This document shows, piece by piece, positions 39,173 through 53,776 of a DNA stretch of 64,000 nucleotides. The notes under the pieces are model-generated. The model worked only from the letters and a program-made list of their open reading frames with translations, was not told where the DNA came from and ran no database searches. The translations under genes and the position numbers were made by a program. This stretch comes from Eledone cirrhosa. Lineage: Eukaryota. Position 1 is the first letter of the stretch; each line of letters opens with the position of its first letter. Where the stretch lies: the NCBI GenBank assembly GCA_964016885.1, contig OZ024745.1, positions 36,642,001 through 36,706,000 on the forward strand, given 5' to 3'.

Positions 39173-40164
39173 AATCTACCTTTAATGAAATATGATACAC
39201 AGTAACAGGAATGCAGAATTTATAAGTGACTCGCTGATTTGCAGTGAAGCAATCAAGTGTTCTTTTTACAATAAATATGCATCCTTTCTCAAGTAAGATA
39301 CATATGTCACCCACTTAACGCTAGTCAAACCAGAGATTAGACCCACCTCTATGGGTCCTTGTGATTCAAGAAAAGGATTAGTTATTTATTTATCTCAAGG
39401 GACAAGCAAATGGCGGATGATTAATATTTTATCTTTCACTCATTGTTTATAGTTCTCATTGCATAGTTTGGACTGTTAGTATTTTAAATGGCTACTGAAT
39501 GCTTTCTTGGGATTCTTCTAACGTAGAGAAAAGAGCTTTAACATGCACTTACCATATTTATCTCTGCTTTATAGGATGAATATGCGTATTACTGATGTAT
39601 TACTTGTCATTTGTTCCTCTGTGTTTGCTTAATATTACAGCGTATCACATGCACGGTTTTGTTATTCTGATAAATGTATTACCTTTTATTATTTTTACGC
39701 TTTCATCAGAAAAATGCAGTTGCCGTAATGCTAACATAAATTTTAGTGTCATTTCCATTCCGTGTTTTCTTTCGTCTATCTTTTGATAGGTTTCTTTACT
39801 CTTCTCAAGAACGTTAAAAAGGGTTATGTTCTTTTATATTGGAGAAGGCAGTAACTTGTTTACAGTAGATACTTTACAGTTTCAATTATGTTATCTCGTG
39901 TATGTGCGTTCAATCCTAATATGTTTATCTTTGCAGTTCCTCCTAATAAATATATCATTTTATATAACCTGTCAGTTTATCTATAGTAGTTATATACTCC
40001 TATATCATTTCAATAGACTAGATGCTTTCCTTCACACAAATGATATTCAGTCATACTGAGATATTGAGATATTTCGATGGGGTATCCACCACGACTACCT
40101 CAGATATAGAAATAGGGACCAAATTTCCACCCTCTTGTCATCTTATAAAAATAATTATATTTAA

Positions 40165-40358
40165 ATTTGGCGCAAGGCCGGAAATTTAGGAGAAAATAAA
40201 ATTTATTATAAACCTCAGTACTTGACTAATATATTACTTTATCAACCACGGAAGGATGAAAACAAAGTTAACTCCGGCAACATCAGAACTCAGATCATAA
40301 CGAGCCAGATGAAATACTGGTAAGCATGTCCTATCCTCTAAGGACTTCACCAATCCAC
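40165..40358 (-). mobile_element. Diverged SINE of the main family
   Basis: GGCGCAAGGCC...TTTATCAACC..GGATGAAAACAAAGTTAAC..GAACTCAGATC..CAATCCACC. Confidence 0.7.
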
Positions 40359-40376
40359 CAACGTTCAATCCTACAG

Positions 40377-40442
<66 letters not shown>

Positions 40443-40704
40443 GCACACACACACACATACGCCCGCGTATATGCATTTATTACCATGTGTGTGTGTGTGT
40501 GCATGTATGTATATATATATGTAATTTAAAGATAACGTTTACAAAAATAGCTGATTTATTCGGTAATGAATCGTCAGACTTCGGTTTTCTGGCTATTTCG
40601 TCAACAAGCCAGATGGAATTAGTCCTGTAAAAGTCATTTCCCTGATGTATTGAATAGGTTACTTTAATTCTTGTTCTCTACTAGTTTTTCACGGAACACT
40701 ATTC

Positions 40705-40998
<294 letters not shown>

Positions 40999-41279
40999 AG
41001 AGAGAGGTAGAGACAGAGATGTGTGTGTTTTAAGTATACATATATAGAAAGAGATATGTATTTTTTTCAAGTTAAGAAAGTTACTTGATCAAATAAGCAA
41101 CCGGCTTTGGTCGTAAACAGTGTAAAGCACTCTGCGGGTTGTGTTCCTTAAAGTATTATCAATAATGTATCAACCTGGGTGTCAATATTAAAATGTAGAG
41201 AGACGCTTTCAAATGTACATCTTTTGTTTATTATATAACCCTGTAATGCATATTACTTAACAAAAACATAATATACGCA

Positions 41280-41525
41280 ATAAAGAATGGGGATCTTATT
41301 CGAGAAGAAACCGGCGTAATACTCACAGCTAGAAAAATCATTATCAAATTGAATTATAAACTTTGGATGCACACGGACAGGCCCAGTAACTTTGACAGCA
41401 CCATGGGATCCACGGACTCAGCCCAAGTTGCGGACCTAGTCGGATTATACACTGTCCACCAAATTAAAAGGATTCCAGAACGAGGCGGAGGCTTATACCG
41501 CGACGACGTCCTTTTTACAAGGGAG
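41280..41525 (+). pseudogene. PLE reverse transcriptase core fragment
   Basis: ILTARK..LW..NFDSTMGSTDSAQVADLVGLY..GGLYRDDVL resembles the PLE RT motifs FD.TMGS.D.A....LVGL and GLYRDD. Confidence 0.8.
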
Positions 41526-41730
41526 GAAGAACTCAATATATATAACAGAGTAGATGTGTTTATTTAATATATTCATGCATGTTCTTACACATAACTATGG
41601 TGTTTCAGCAAATCGAGTGGAGAGTGTGCTACGCTTATTCAAAGAAACAATGGGTTGGGTATACCTACATATATATGTGTGTGTGTGTGTGCGTATATAA
41701 ATGTCAGTACATATATGTATGTATGTATCA

Positions 41731-41763
<33 letters not shown>

Positions 41764-42755
41764 TGTATGTATGTATGTATGTATGTATGCATGTATGTAA
41801 GTATGTATGTATGTATGAAATCTATAAAAGATTGTTCTTAATAAATCATAAAATACGCTCTACAATCCAAATGCATTGAGCCTTTTCCTGGATTTTTGAA
41901 TTCTCAAAAAGCTAAATTCAATTGAATATTGCTATTCATTCGTAATATATCTGCCCATGAAAAACAGCATATGAAATAGTTTTGTATGAAAATGTGGTAA
42001 TAAATGCATATAAGCGGGCATGTGTGAATGGTAAGTATGTGTGTGTGCGTGCGTATTTGTATATGATTGTATAAAATGATAATGTTACCTAATGATATTA
42101 AAATCACACTGAGATAAAATCAACATTGAATAAATTTGGCATTCAACATAATACATATGTGTGTATGAGTATTATATGCATGTTTATGTGTACATACGGA
42201 AGTATGCGTATGTATACGTGTATTACGTAAGATTGTTTGTGGAGTGTATAATTCAACAAATACATATGCCAACAAAAGCCTCGAGAACAACAGTTAGTCG
42301 TCCAAGGAACACAAAAACGATAGATATATAAATAAACTGCCAACAATATCAACTTCAAAAACTATACAACAACAGCTCTAACAACAACGAAGACGATGAG
42401 AACAACATAAACAAACATTGCGCAATCGTGAAGTAAATAAATAAATGATAAAATAGAGAAAAGAAGACTGATGGTGTGTTTCCTTCTCAGCTTGTAATGA
42501 AGAAGATGTACAGGATAAAAGAGAAGATGATATGAATGATAAAGTAGCTGTCTTGAACATACTTCTAGTTGGAACCTGACTTTATGAAGATTAAGTCTGA
42601 GAAACAAATAATGAAGACCAACGTAAGAGTTGGAGGGGAGAGGAAGGGAAAGGTAGAAGATGAGGGAAAGAAGAGATGCGAGTGGGAAAGGGAAGAAAGA
42701 GAAAGTGAGGGGAGGGGAAGCAATGGATTATTGGGGGAAGAAATATAGATAAATC

Positions 42756-42756
<1 letters not shown>

Positions 42757-42828
<72 letters not shown>
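42757..42828. repeat. (GATA)n microsatellite; others at 44333-44407 and 59595-59728
   Basis: Direct observation. Confidence 0.9.
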
Positions 42829-42829
<1 letters not shown>

Positions 42830-42840
42830 AAGAAAGATAA

Positions 42841-44192
42841 CTTTCTTTATTAGCCACACGGGCACAAAAGAAGGGGACAAATACAAATGGGAAGTTTACA
42901 TATAGGTATATGAAAATAAAACTATTAATAAAATAACAGATAACAATTGAAATCCCCAATAGGGGGAGGCGTTACACAGGGGTTGTACACACCCCGAAAA
43001 AAATGTACAACCCTCGTCTCCAGGAGCACCAAGAGTGTGTACTCCCTTCCTCTCTTCCTCTTTTTCCTCAACCTACAGGCTTATATAGAGAGAAGGCCCA
43101 ACCACTCGGGCCATCTTTGCCACATTCACCCACCTCTTATAAAATTTGCTGGGGTATAGCACCACTCTCTCCATCCTGATTATTCTTCCAAAATTATATT
43201 TGAAAAAACGAATCAGTTGTTCGACGGAGAGAAAGGTGTCTGACCTCAGCCCTTTTAACACCGTTCACCATATAACCTCTTTCACCATAGCCATAACACA
43301 TAGGAAAACCGCCTCTCCTTCGTTTTTGAAGGAGGGTGGCGGTTTGTTCATGACAATGGACTCGGTGGTCAACTGGATTGGTCTCACCCCCGACGAAAGT
43401 CGTTCTACATAGCCCCACAGGTCGGTAACGCCCGGGCAGTGTACAAATGCGTGCGCGACAGTTACCTCGTCGCGCACGCATCTCGGACAGATCTTTTTCG
43501 AAGGTTCCCTGCACGGGCACCCGTGTCTGTAGAGCTTGTCTCGAACTGGTAGAGCTCCTTGGTAGCACTGCCAGGCCAGGGACTTTTGGAAGTTGTCCAT
43601 CGGTCCCGGGCGGAAGGTCCTACCGAACAGACTGGCCAGTTCGTCCTCCTCTACGCCTAGAGTTTCTCCAAGCGCGTCGTCGCTCTTGCTGTGAACCAAC
43701 CCTCTATAGAATGACGAAGTGGAGTCTCTACTGATCGCCGGGTCCGTTTGCCAGAGGACTGTGAGCGCCTGAGCACGCCCGATGTGCCAGTCGCCCATTT
43801 TCCTCGGTCTTTGCTTGACCCAGGACTGCAGCTCGGTCAGCGAGACGAGTCGTGGGAAGGCTCGCCTCACGAACGGGGAAAAACCGGTTGTGCGATGAGG
43901 AATACGTGGAAATGCCGCAGCCTGAGTGCGTGTTTGCGCATCGTCAGCCACGGCATTCCCAGCCCTCCGTTTGAAGGGTGTTGGCAGCAGATGGATCTTC
44001 TCACCAAAGGAGCCCGTTTCTTCTATGATGTATCGCATGAGGGGGAGGTTGTCGTGTATGGACCTGGTCGGGATTGCGCATGTCTGCGCTTCTCCCACCA
44101 AGTTTTCGACGACAAGCGCCAGCCTCTTTGCCAACACCTTGACCAAAATCTGTAACTCTGTGTTTAGCAGTTTTATGGGCCGGAAGTTACCT
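42841..44192 (-). mobile_element. 5'-truncated, internally deleted copy of the L1/Tx1 family
   Basis: Colinear with 14170-15357 and 16135-16302. Candidate 20-bp target duplication ATAGATAGAAAGAAA(G/T)ATAA at 42821-42840 and 44193-44212. Confidence 0.92.
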
Positions 44193-44332
44193 ATAGATAG
44201 AAAGAAATATAAATAGATAAACAGACAGTCACTTAGACAGACAGATAGACAGTTAGGTAAGTAGGCAGGCATGTCAATATATAGATACCTAGATAGATCG
44301 ATGGATCGTTATATTGATTAATTAATTGTTTT

Positions 44333-44408
<76 letters not shown>

Positions 44409-44498
44409 GGAAAGGACGAAAGAAAGGAAGAAAGAAAAATAGAAAAACTTCCAGAGTAAATAAAAATGAAAGAAATTACTCAAGAAACAAGGAAAAGA

Positions 44499-44612
44499 AA
44501 GAAGAAGAAGAAGAAGAAGAAGAAGAAGAAGAAGAAGAAGAAGAAGAAGAAGAAGAAGAAGAAGAAGAAGAAGAAGAAGAAGAAGAAGAAGAAGAAGAAG
44601 AAGAAGAAGAAG
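44499..44612. repeat. (GAA)n microsatellite
   Basis: Direct observation. Confidence 0.95.
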
Positions 44613-45375
44613 AAATGATAATGAAAAAGAAAAGAAAAAGAAAGAAAGAAAAATGAAAAGGAAATAAAGGGGGAAGGAATAACTAAAGAAAGGCGTGAAA
44701 TAAATAACTACATAAAAATAAAAGAACGAAAAAAAAAAGAAACAAAGAAACAAAGAAACAAAGAAACAATCAAAGAAGGCCAAGAAAAGAAAGAATGAAG
44801 GAAAATATAAAAAGACTGAAATATAGAATATAGAAGGAAATATAGAATATAGAAGGAAATATAGAATATAGAAGCAAGTATAAAAAAATAATGGAATGTC
44901 GGAAGAAAGTATGATAAAAAAGAAGAATGAAATCAAAGATTAATATTGACTTGTATGTTATTGTCGATGTTAGCAAAATATATATTTGTTGAAACGACCG
45001 CCTCTTGATATGTTTTTGAATTTGGATTATTTGTTATTTGTTGTGTTTCTTTGTTTGTTGTTGGAATTTGGATTGTTTGTTATATGTTGTGTTTGTGTTA
45101 TGTTTGTTTGTTTGTTGTTGGAATTAAACTGTTTCACTTCTTGTTTTGTTATTTCTATTCCACTCCCTCTGTCTCTCTGTAAGTCTTCGAGTTGATACTA
45201 AACTAACTATAAAATATAGTATTCCAGACTCCATTGCTCTTCAAGTAGAACTCTGTAGTTACGATGTTAAAACTATACACTTGGAGAGCAGTGGTTTTCA
45301 AACGGGAGACACTTCGCTATAAGGAGAGGAATCCAAACTGGAAAATAATTGTGTACAATTGTGTATCAAAGGAAA

Positions 45376-46155
45376 TATAACGGCGGCGAAGATTCGAAAC
45401 CGAATCTGAGCTTTCCCGCCTCTGGGAGAAGCCGTGGTTAGTTGTTAACGCCCGGCAGACCAACCCCTTGGGAGATGCTAAACACAGGTCAGAGGTTGTT
45501 TACACCTGGCAGAAAATAGGTCAGATGATATATCCATCCTTCTGAGTTGTTTACACCTGGCAGACCAACCCCTTGGGAGATTCTAACCAAAAGTCAGAGG
45601 ATATATCTATCCTTCTAACTTCAACCCTTATAAATAGAAGGGTTGTTTACGCCCCGGCAGAAAAAGTGTTACCACGGACAAGAACGGACATTTCACCTAC
45701 TCTGTCAAAACTCCCTTCACGAAAAACGTCTGTCCACTATTTCTCACACGCCATTACACGCCTGACTGAGTGATTACTACTACTGCTAAAACAAGAAAGT
45801 ATACTAATACGCACACACGCATACACAGTAAGTTCACAGAAAGTTCACACTGCTTGCATTTTTATACGTACCATTTCTGTCACATTGTATCTTTCAGATA
45901 CAATACAAATTATCTTATAATCGTATTCTGTGATACTTGTATTTACGTGGCTCGAAGAGCCACCAAATTATTGTTCGAAATTATTGTACGAATATTTCAT
46001 GTTATAGATTTTATCGTTCAATATTCAAATTGAATATTGTTATAATAAAATTAACTTTGTAACAACACAATCCTGGTATTATTCTTTGCATTGAAACCAT
46101 CATACCAACAACTCCATTTATTCACTTATCCGTTACAACCGGAATATTCGTTACA
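45376..46155 (+). mobile_element. Solo LTR (Gypsy-like), 780 bp
   Basis: Ends TATAACG...CGTTACA (inverted, one change from TG...CA), GAAA duplicated on both sides, TATAAATA at 45629, AATAAA at 46044, repeated motifs upstream of the TATA box. Confidence 0.7.
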
Positions 46156-46436
46156 GAAATATTAATATACATAACTGTAACAGCAATTGTGAATTTACAG
46201 TTCACAAAAAACTAAATGATGCTTGAGAATAATCCCGCTTGAGAATATTCAATTACCGAAGTTTGAAATGTCTGCTGTGTTAATATGGTGCCCTGATAAA
46301 AAAATTACTAGAAAAATTACAAATGGAGGAGGAATTGAAGAAGCATCGGATTGTAAGGCTAGGATTGTAAGTTGGGTCTCTAAGAATTACTGTTCAAGAA
46401 CTGTGTAAGTAATGTTAGGATTATTTTATTTCTCCT

Positions 46437-46632
46437 TGGTGGTGGATTGGCAGTATCGGTAGAGGGTTGAACGCCATGCTTTGCAACATAGAGTTACGGC
46501 CCTTTATGGTGTGAGTTCAAATCCCGCCGAGGTCAACTTTTCCTTTCATCCTTACGAGGTCGATAAAATAAAGCATCAGTAATGCACTGGGATAATTGTT
46601 GGCCTTGTGCCAAAAGTAAAAACAATTATTAT
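46437..46632 (+). mobile_element. SINE, short-tail variant
   Basis: A and B boxes, core and tail as at 29862. Confidence 0.92.
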
Positions 46633-47579
46633 ATTTCTCCTTTCCACTCTGTTGGTTTTCTCGTAAAACTGTGTTCAGAGACAATAGTTACAATGTTGAA
46701 ACTAAAATCTTCATGTGGAACTGTTGATGCTATAAAGCAGAGGTTCTCAAACTTTTTGGGCCACCTCCCCGTTCATGGCCACGTAATACCATCAGTGACC
46801 CCATCCTTATTTCCAGAAAGACCTGCCATCACGCAAATTGTAAATAATATTTGTTAATTTATATATAATAAATAATTGTTTCTAAAATAATAAATACTGT
46901 GTATAAATAAATATTATATATTTTTTATTTTACTATATTTATAGATAATATGTATCATTTGATATTTAATATACTATTCTATCATCTCTACGCCCCCCCC
47001 CCCTCCGCCCTTAGGCCCCAGTGATCTCTGGATCTTCTCGATGTTGATCTTCAAGTGGAATTATTTAACGGGGCAATCAAAAAGTAGTAACACTGTTGAT
47101 AGTAAAACATAAGTATATCATTTCTTAAAGTGAAATCGTGTAAAGAAGTCAATAGTTACAATGTTTTTAGAAATATAATCTTCAAGATGAACTGTGTAAG
47201 AGAGCAGCCACATTTATTATACGCTATCGATACTATAAACTATTATATTTCTTGTATTCTGTAGGTTTTCATATGGAATTGTGTAAGAGAGAGATATAAG
47301 TGAGAGAATTATATGTTGTTCAAACTAAACTACTATATACTAAATATGTTGAAACTGTAAGCTATTATAGTTCTTCTCTTTATTACTATTCAAGTAGAGC
47401 TGTGTCTAACAGAGTCAATAGTTACGGACACTGTTGAAACTAAACTATTATATTCCTTGTATTTCATTCTGCCTTGGTCTTCAAGCTGAGTTGTATAAGA
47501 GAGGTTTAAGAACAATTAACATTGTAAGCCGATTCTTCTTTTCCTTGATTTCTTTGAATGAGCTTATTACAATCGTTTA

Positions 47580-47810
47580 ATGGAAGCACGCTGCCTAGTA
47601 GTTAGGTTGTTGTTCCCACGAGGAGTAAGGTGATGCGTCCGATACTCGGATCTGGCGGTGCTTTGTGTCCTTGAGGACAAGGCACTTATTCCAACTGAAA
47701 ATGAATATCAGAAATAGATCGGGATTAATCCTGCGACGGATTGACAGAAGTATTTCTCTCTAATTCGTTTAACATCACATGAAACTGGGATAAGCTACAA
47801 CCAAAGGCTA
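47580..47810 (+). mobile_element. tRNA-headed SINE of another family; related copy at 58340-58455
   Basis: GCCTAGTAGTTAGG head and TTGTGTCCTTGAG..CAAGGCACTT core; 58346 has TAGCCTAGTGGTTAAAG...GTTGTCTTCTTGAGCAAGA. Confidence 0.5.
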
Positions 47811-48456
47811 ATTTTTTTTAATATTTTATACATTCAAATCTACACACCGGTTCCGTCTCCTATCATCTCACAGTCACATCTGCTGCACATCAGCTCCTAA
47901 TTTCTGCTCTAAATACTTCAACTAATACTTTCCTTCCCAGAACTGAAACTGTCTTTAATCCACTACCCACTCATTTTCTTTCATTCTTCTTACATGCTCT
48001 GATTTACTAACATTTAAACTGAGCATCAACCGCGTCAATCTCACTAGTCTGCGAGTTACAAAAAATATCATGGAGACAGATTTTTCCATCTTTGATTGCC
48101 TCATAAAAGAAAGACACAGAATGACTTAGACTTAAGATAATGCTGTTAGAGACAACAAGGAATAATAGGTTCTATGTTGCAAACATAGACAGCTCGTGAA
48201 ATTAAAATGAAAATAAAATAAACAGAACTTAAGAATGTTCGTGCTAAGAATACAAATAAAATAGAGATTCTACATAGTACAAATTACATTTTAGTCACAA
48301 CAGTACAATAAATGGCATATTCACTAGAGGGGGAGAGATAGAGGCAGCTAAAGATGTATGTGTGTATGTACGTACATGCATGTATGTACCTCCTTATCTA
48401 TCTATCTCCCACTCACTATGCATACATATATGTGCATATACAAACATAAATATAAC

Positions 48457-48510
<54 letters not shown>

Positions 48511-48515
<5 letters not shown>

Positions 48516-48659
48516 GTGAGAAAAACCACAGACCCTCCATCTCAACTCTACTTTTGAAAAGCAGAAGAACTGCGAAACCGGTAAACGAACCAAATAAATA
48601 TATATATTTTTTTAAAAATAAGACTCCAGTTGCATTTTCGATTTCATCTTTTTTTCTAT

Positions 48660-48660
<1 letters not shown>
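48511..48660 (+). mobile_element. Short (TA)n-embedded family C
   Basis: Near-identical to 57801-57937. Confidence 0.8.
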
Positions 48661-48727
<67 letters not shown>

Positions 48728-48735
<8 letters not shown>

Positions 48736-48899
48736 TAAAATAACAGATTAAAGTTTAAGCAAAGAATCGCTGCTTTCACCCTTAACCTGAAACTTTAATC
48801 TGTTATTTTAATAAATATTTGCTCTTCGGTTCTTATATATTTGATATATATTTTCCTTATCGAGCCCTCTTTGGATTTTAGTCTTCATTTTATTATTAT

Positions 48900-48902
<3 letters not shown>
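48728..48902. mobile_element. Family B copy with a perfect 29-bp inverted repeat
   Basis: 48728-48756 is the reverse complement of 48790-48818; sequence shared with 5794-5961. Confidence 0.8.
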
Positions 48903-48957
<55 letters not shown>

Positions 48958-49120
48958 GAAAGTATAGAAATTATTGTGAGCGTGAAGCCAACAGTATTTC
49001 ATAATACATGTATATATATATATATATACATGTCGATATAAATATACATATATTATATATATATACATATATATACTATATATATACATTATATATATAT
49101 ACATTATATATATATACATT

Positions 49121-49152
<32 letters not shown>

Positions 49153-49172
49153 GTGTCGATATATATATATAC

Positions 49173-49267
<95 letters not shown>

Positions 49268-49269
<2 letters not shown>

Positions 49270-49528
49270 GAAGTTATATTTAATTTTTAAAAATGTATAA
49301 CTGGTAAGTGGAGTAAATATACAATATATTAATAAATGGAAACTATATTTATAAAACCATATTTATTTCATTATACATATTTCAAGAGCAACCAAAGCAA
49401 ATTATGGTGCGCTTTCAACAGATAAAATACAGATTTGTTTTTTAAATAAATATTGACATACCTGGTATGTCAATATTTATTTATAAAACAAATCTGTATT
49501 TTATCTGATGAAAGCGCAGCATAATTTG

Positions 49529-49529
<1 letters not shown>
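49268..49529 (-). mobile_element. Family A copy: degenerate hammerhead plus a palindrome with 66-bp arms
   Basis: Arms 49397-49462 and 49464-49529 (3 mismatches, 1-nt centre). Minus strand CTG(T/A)TGA-AAGCGCACCA...TGGTTGCTCTT-GAAA-TATG-TA then AATAAA. Confidence 0.75.
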
Positions 49530-49595
<66 letters not shown>

Positions 49596-49689
49596 TTAAA
49601 GTTTAAGCAAAGAATCGCTGCTTTCACCCTTAACGGGATCTTCTGAAATATATATATACATATACATGTCGATATATATATATTCATAT

Positions 49690-50805
49690 ATATATATATA
49701 TGTATGTATGTATACATACATACATGCATGCATCCATACTTCATACATACACACATACATACATACACACATACACACACATATACATACATACACACAC
49801 ATATACATACATACATACACACATACATACACACATACACATACACACACATATACATACATACACGCACACATACATACATACATACATACACACGTAC
49901 ACACACACATACATACATACATACATACATACATACATACATACATACATACATACATACATACATACATACATACATACATACATACATACATACATGG
50001 TGGCTGCCAACTCGTTTTCGAGTACGGCCACTACTTTATATCCATGTAGGAGAACCCCTACCGATGCGCTGAACGAGTGTGACTTTTTTGTCCAGCCAGC
50101 GACTTGAAAACTCTGGTACAAACACTACACTTGTGACAATTATTGACACATAGTGCTGGGCCCATGGTACCATGTGACGACAAGTGCAGAGAGATCTCCA
50201 GATAGAAAGCAATGCCTGTGCCGTGAAGCTTTTATAGTGAGCAAAGGCACTGCACAAAGCCAGTCCCACTCTCTTAATCAAGATGATATTTACCAAAAAG
50301 AAGAACAAGTCAACATCATTGGATACCATCAGGGTTGCAGGTGTTATATCAGAGTTTTCCTTCATACATACATACATACATACATACATACATACATACA
50401 CACATACACACATATATACTGAGACTAACGGAATCTACCAACAACAGTAACAGCAACTCACAATACCAGCAACAACAACACCACCGCCAACTATACAGAA
50501 GTCACTAATTATACATGCTCTACTCTAATATTTCCTATAATGACAAGGTAGGCAACAGAGAAAACTAGAATGAATTATGAATCAAGAAAGATTCTGACAT
50601 CTTTAGAATTCAACCATTTCCGCTACCTCGCCATTATTGTCACCACGTCACCTCAAAGAGAAAATTAGATAAGTTTTCGTGTAAAGCCACTTGGAAATTA
50701 CTGACTTGTTTTCATATGAAATGCAAATGCTTTTAGAAGTATGAATTTATTATAAAGTCTTTATATATGTATGTATGTATATATGTGTATATAGTTATGT
50801 ATTTA

Positions 50806-50874
<69 letters not shown>

Positions 50875-50929
50875 GTATGTATATGTGTATGTATATATGT
50901 ATGTACGGATGTATATATGTATATACGTG

Positions 50930-50963
<34 letters not shown>

Positions 50964-51033
50964 TGTATGTATGTATGTATGTATATATGTATATATGTAT
51001 GTATATATGTATATATGTATATATATATGTATG

Positions 51034-51067
<34 letters not shown>

Positions 51068-51470
51068 TGTATATGTGTATGTATATATATATGTATGTAT
51101 GTATATATATATATGTATATATGTATGTATGTATGTATGTATATATATGTATATATGTATGTATATATATATATATGTATGTATGAATATATGTATGTAT
51201 GTATATGTGTATGTATATATGTATGTATGTATATATGTATGTATATATGTCTATATATGTATGTATATATATATATATATATGTATGTATATATGTATGT
51301 ATGTATGTATGTATATGTGTATGTATGTATGTATGTATATATGTATGTATATATGTATGTAGGTAGGTATGTACGTACGCACGTACGTATGTATGTATGT
51401 AAGTATGCATGTATGTATATGTGTGCGTATATGTATGTATGCATGCGTGTATGTATGTATGTACTTGTAT
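49690..51470. repeat. (TACA)n/(TATG)n/(TA)n compound microsatellite blocks (49690-49997, 50363-50418, 50760-51470)
   Basis: Direct observation. Confidence 0.9.
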
Positions 51471-51989
51471 GTGTGTGTGTGTTTAGTTGGATGTGTGTGT
51501 GTATGTTTGTATGTACGTATACATACATGTATGTTTGAATGCATAACTGTACGTATGTGTATTTTGGATGTGTGTGCGATTATTTATGTCTGTGTTTGTG
51601 TATATATGTGAATATGTGCCAGCGTATATATGTATGAGCTTGTCTGTAGGAACATGTGTACGTTTATATGTGTATGTATGTGTGTGCGTTTCCGTGTGTA
51701 TAAAAGGGGAATGTATGAGTTTATGTGTGTATGTCGGTTTATGTCCATATATGAATGTTAATATGTATGTAAATAGGTATGTATATGTGTATATAATATG
51801 AATTATATATATGTGTGTTTGTGTGTGTGTCTATGTCTGGACATGTTTCTGTGTGTGTGTGTGTGTGTGTTGTGCGTGTGTGTGTACAAATGCATGGAAG
51901 TACAACTAGTCAAAATCTTTACAAGATCCAGCTATTTTTAATTTTCATCATGCATGTATATACCAATGTATGTATATATATATATATAT

Positions 51990-52910
51990 ATATATATAGT
52001 ATATATGTATATATAGTATATATGTATATATAGTATATATGTATATATCGTATATATGTATATATCGTATATATGTATATATAGTATATATGTATATATA
52101 TTATATATGCATATATAGTATATATGTATATATATATATATAGTATATATGTATATATAGTATATATGTATATATAGTATATATGTATATTAAGTATATA
52201 TGTATATTTAGTATATATGTATATATTATATATGTATATATAGTATATATGTATATATAGTATATATGTATATATAGTATATATGTATATATAGTATATG
52301 TATATATGTATATATAGTATATATGTATATATAGTATATATGTATATATAGTATATATGTATATATAGTATATATGTATATATAGTATATATGTATATAT
52401 AGTATATATGTATATATAGTATATATGTATATATAGTATATATGTATATATCGTATATATGTATATATCGTATATATGTATATATAGTATATATGTATAT
52501 ATAGTATATATGTATATATATTATATATGTATATATAGTATATATGTATATATAGTATATATGTATATATGTATATATATAGTATATGTATATATAGTTT
52601 ATATGTATATATATATATAGTATATATGTATATATAGTATATATGTATATATAGTATATATGTATATTTAGTATATATGTATATATAGTATATATGTATA
52701 TATATTATATATGTATATCAAGTATATATGTATCTATATATATATAGTATATATGTATATATAGTATATATGTATATATAGTATATATGTATATATAGTA
52801 TATATGTATATATAGTATATATGTATATTTAGTATATATGTATATTTAGTATATATATATATATATATATAGTATATATGTATATATAGTATATATGCAT
52901 ATATAGTATA
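51990..52910. repeat. 17-bp minisatellite (TAGTATATATGTATATA)n
   Basis: About 50 copies with scattered variants. Confidence 0.9.
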
Positions 52911-53134
52911 GATACATCCAAGTGCTTGAATCCAATGAATATATACACACATACACACGCATACACACCTCACACGCAAACTCTCACACACACACACACT
53001 TACGCACGCTGAGATAGAGGTATTATCAATATGACACTAATAGGTGTCACTCATCACACACAATATGTCAAAGAACTATATTTCAATGATCTTGATGTAA
53101 GCATTATATGATCTGGGGAGGAAGGGTAGGACAA

Positions 53135-53202
53135 CACTACAACTACTACTACTACCACTACTGCTGCTGCTGCTGTTGCTGCTACAGCTACTGCTGCTGC
53201 TG

Positions 53203-53233
<31 letters not shown>

Positions 53234-53238
53234 CACTA

Positions 53239-53278
<40 letters not shown>

Positions 53279-53742
53279 CGCTGCTGCTGCTGCTGCTGCT
53301 GTTGCTGCTACAGCTACTGCTGCTGCTGCTGCTACTACTACTACTACTACTACTACTACCACTACTACCACTACTACTACTACTACCACTACAACTACTA
53401 CTACTACCACTACTGCTGCTGCTGCTGCTGCTGTTGCTGCTACAGCTACTGCTGCTGCTGCTGCTACTACTACTACTACTACTACTACTACCACTACTAC
53501 CACTACTACTACTACTACTACCACTACTACCACTACTACCACTACTACCACTACAACTACTACTACTACCACTACTGCTGCTGCTGCTGCTGCTGTTGCT
53601 GCTACAGCTACTGCTGCTGCTGCTGCTACTGCTACTACTACTACTACTACTACTACTACCACTACTACCACTACAACTACTACTACTACCACTACTGCTG
53701 CTGCTGCTGCTGTTGCTGCTACAGCTACTGCTGCTGCTGCTG

Positions 53743-53776
<34 letters not shown>

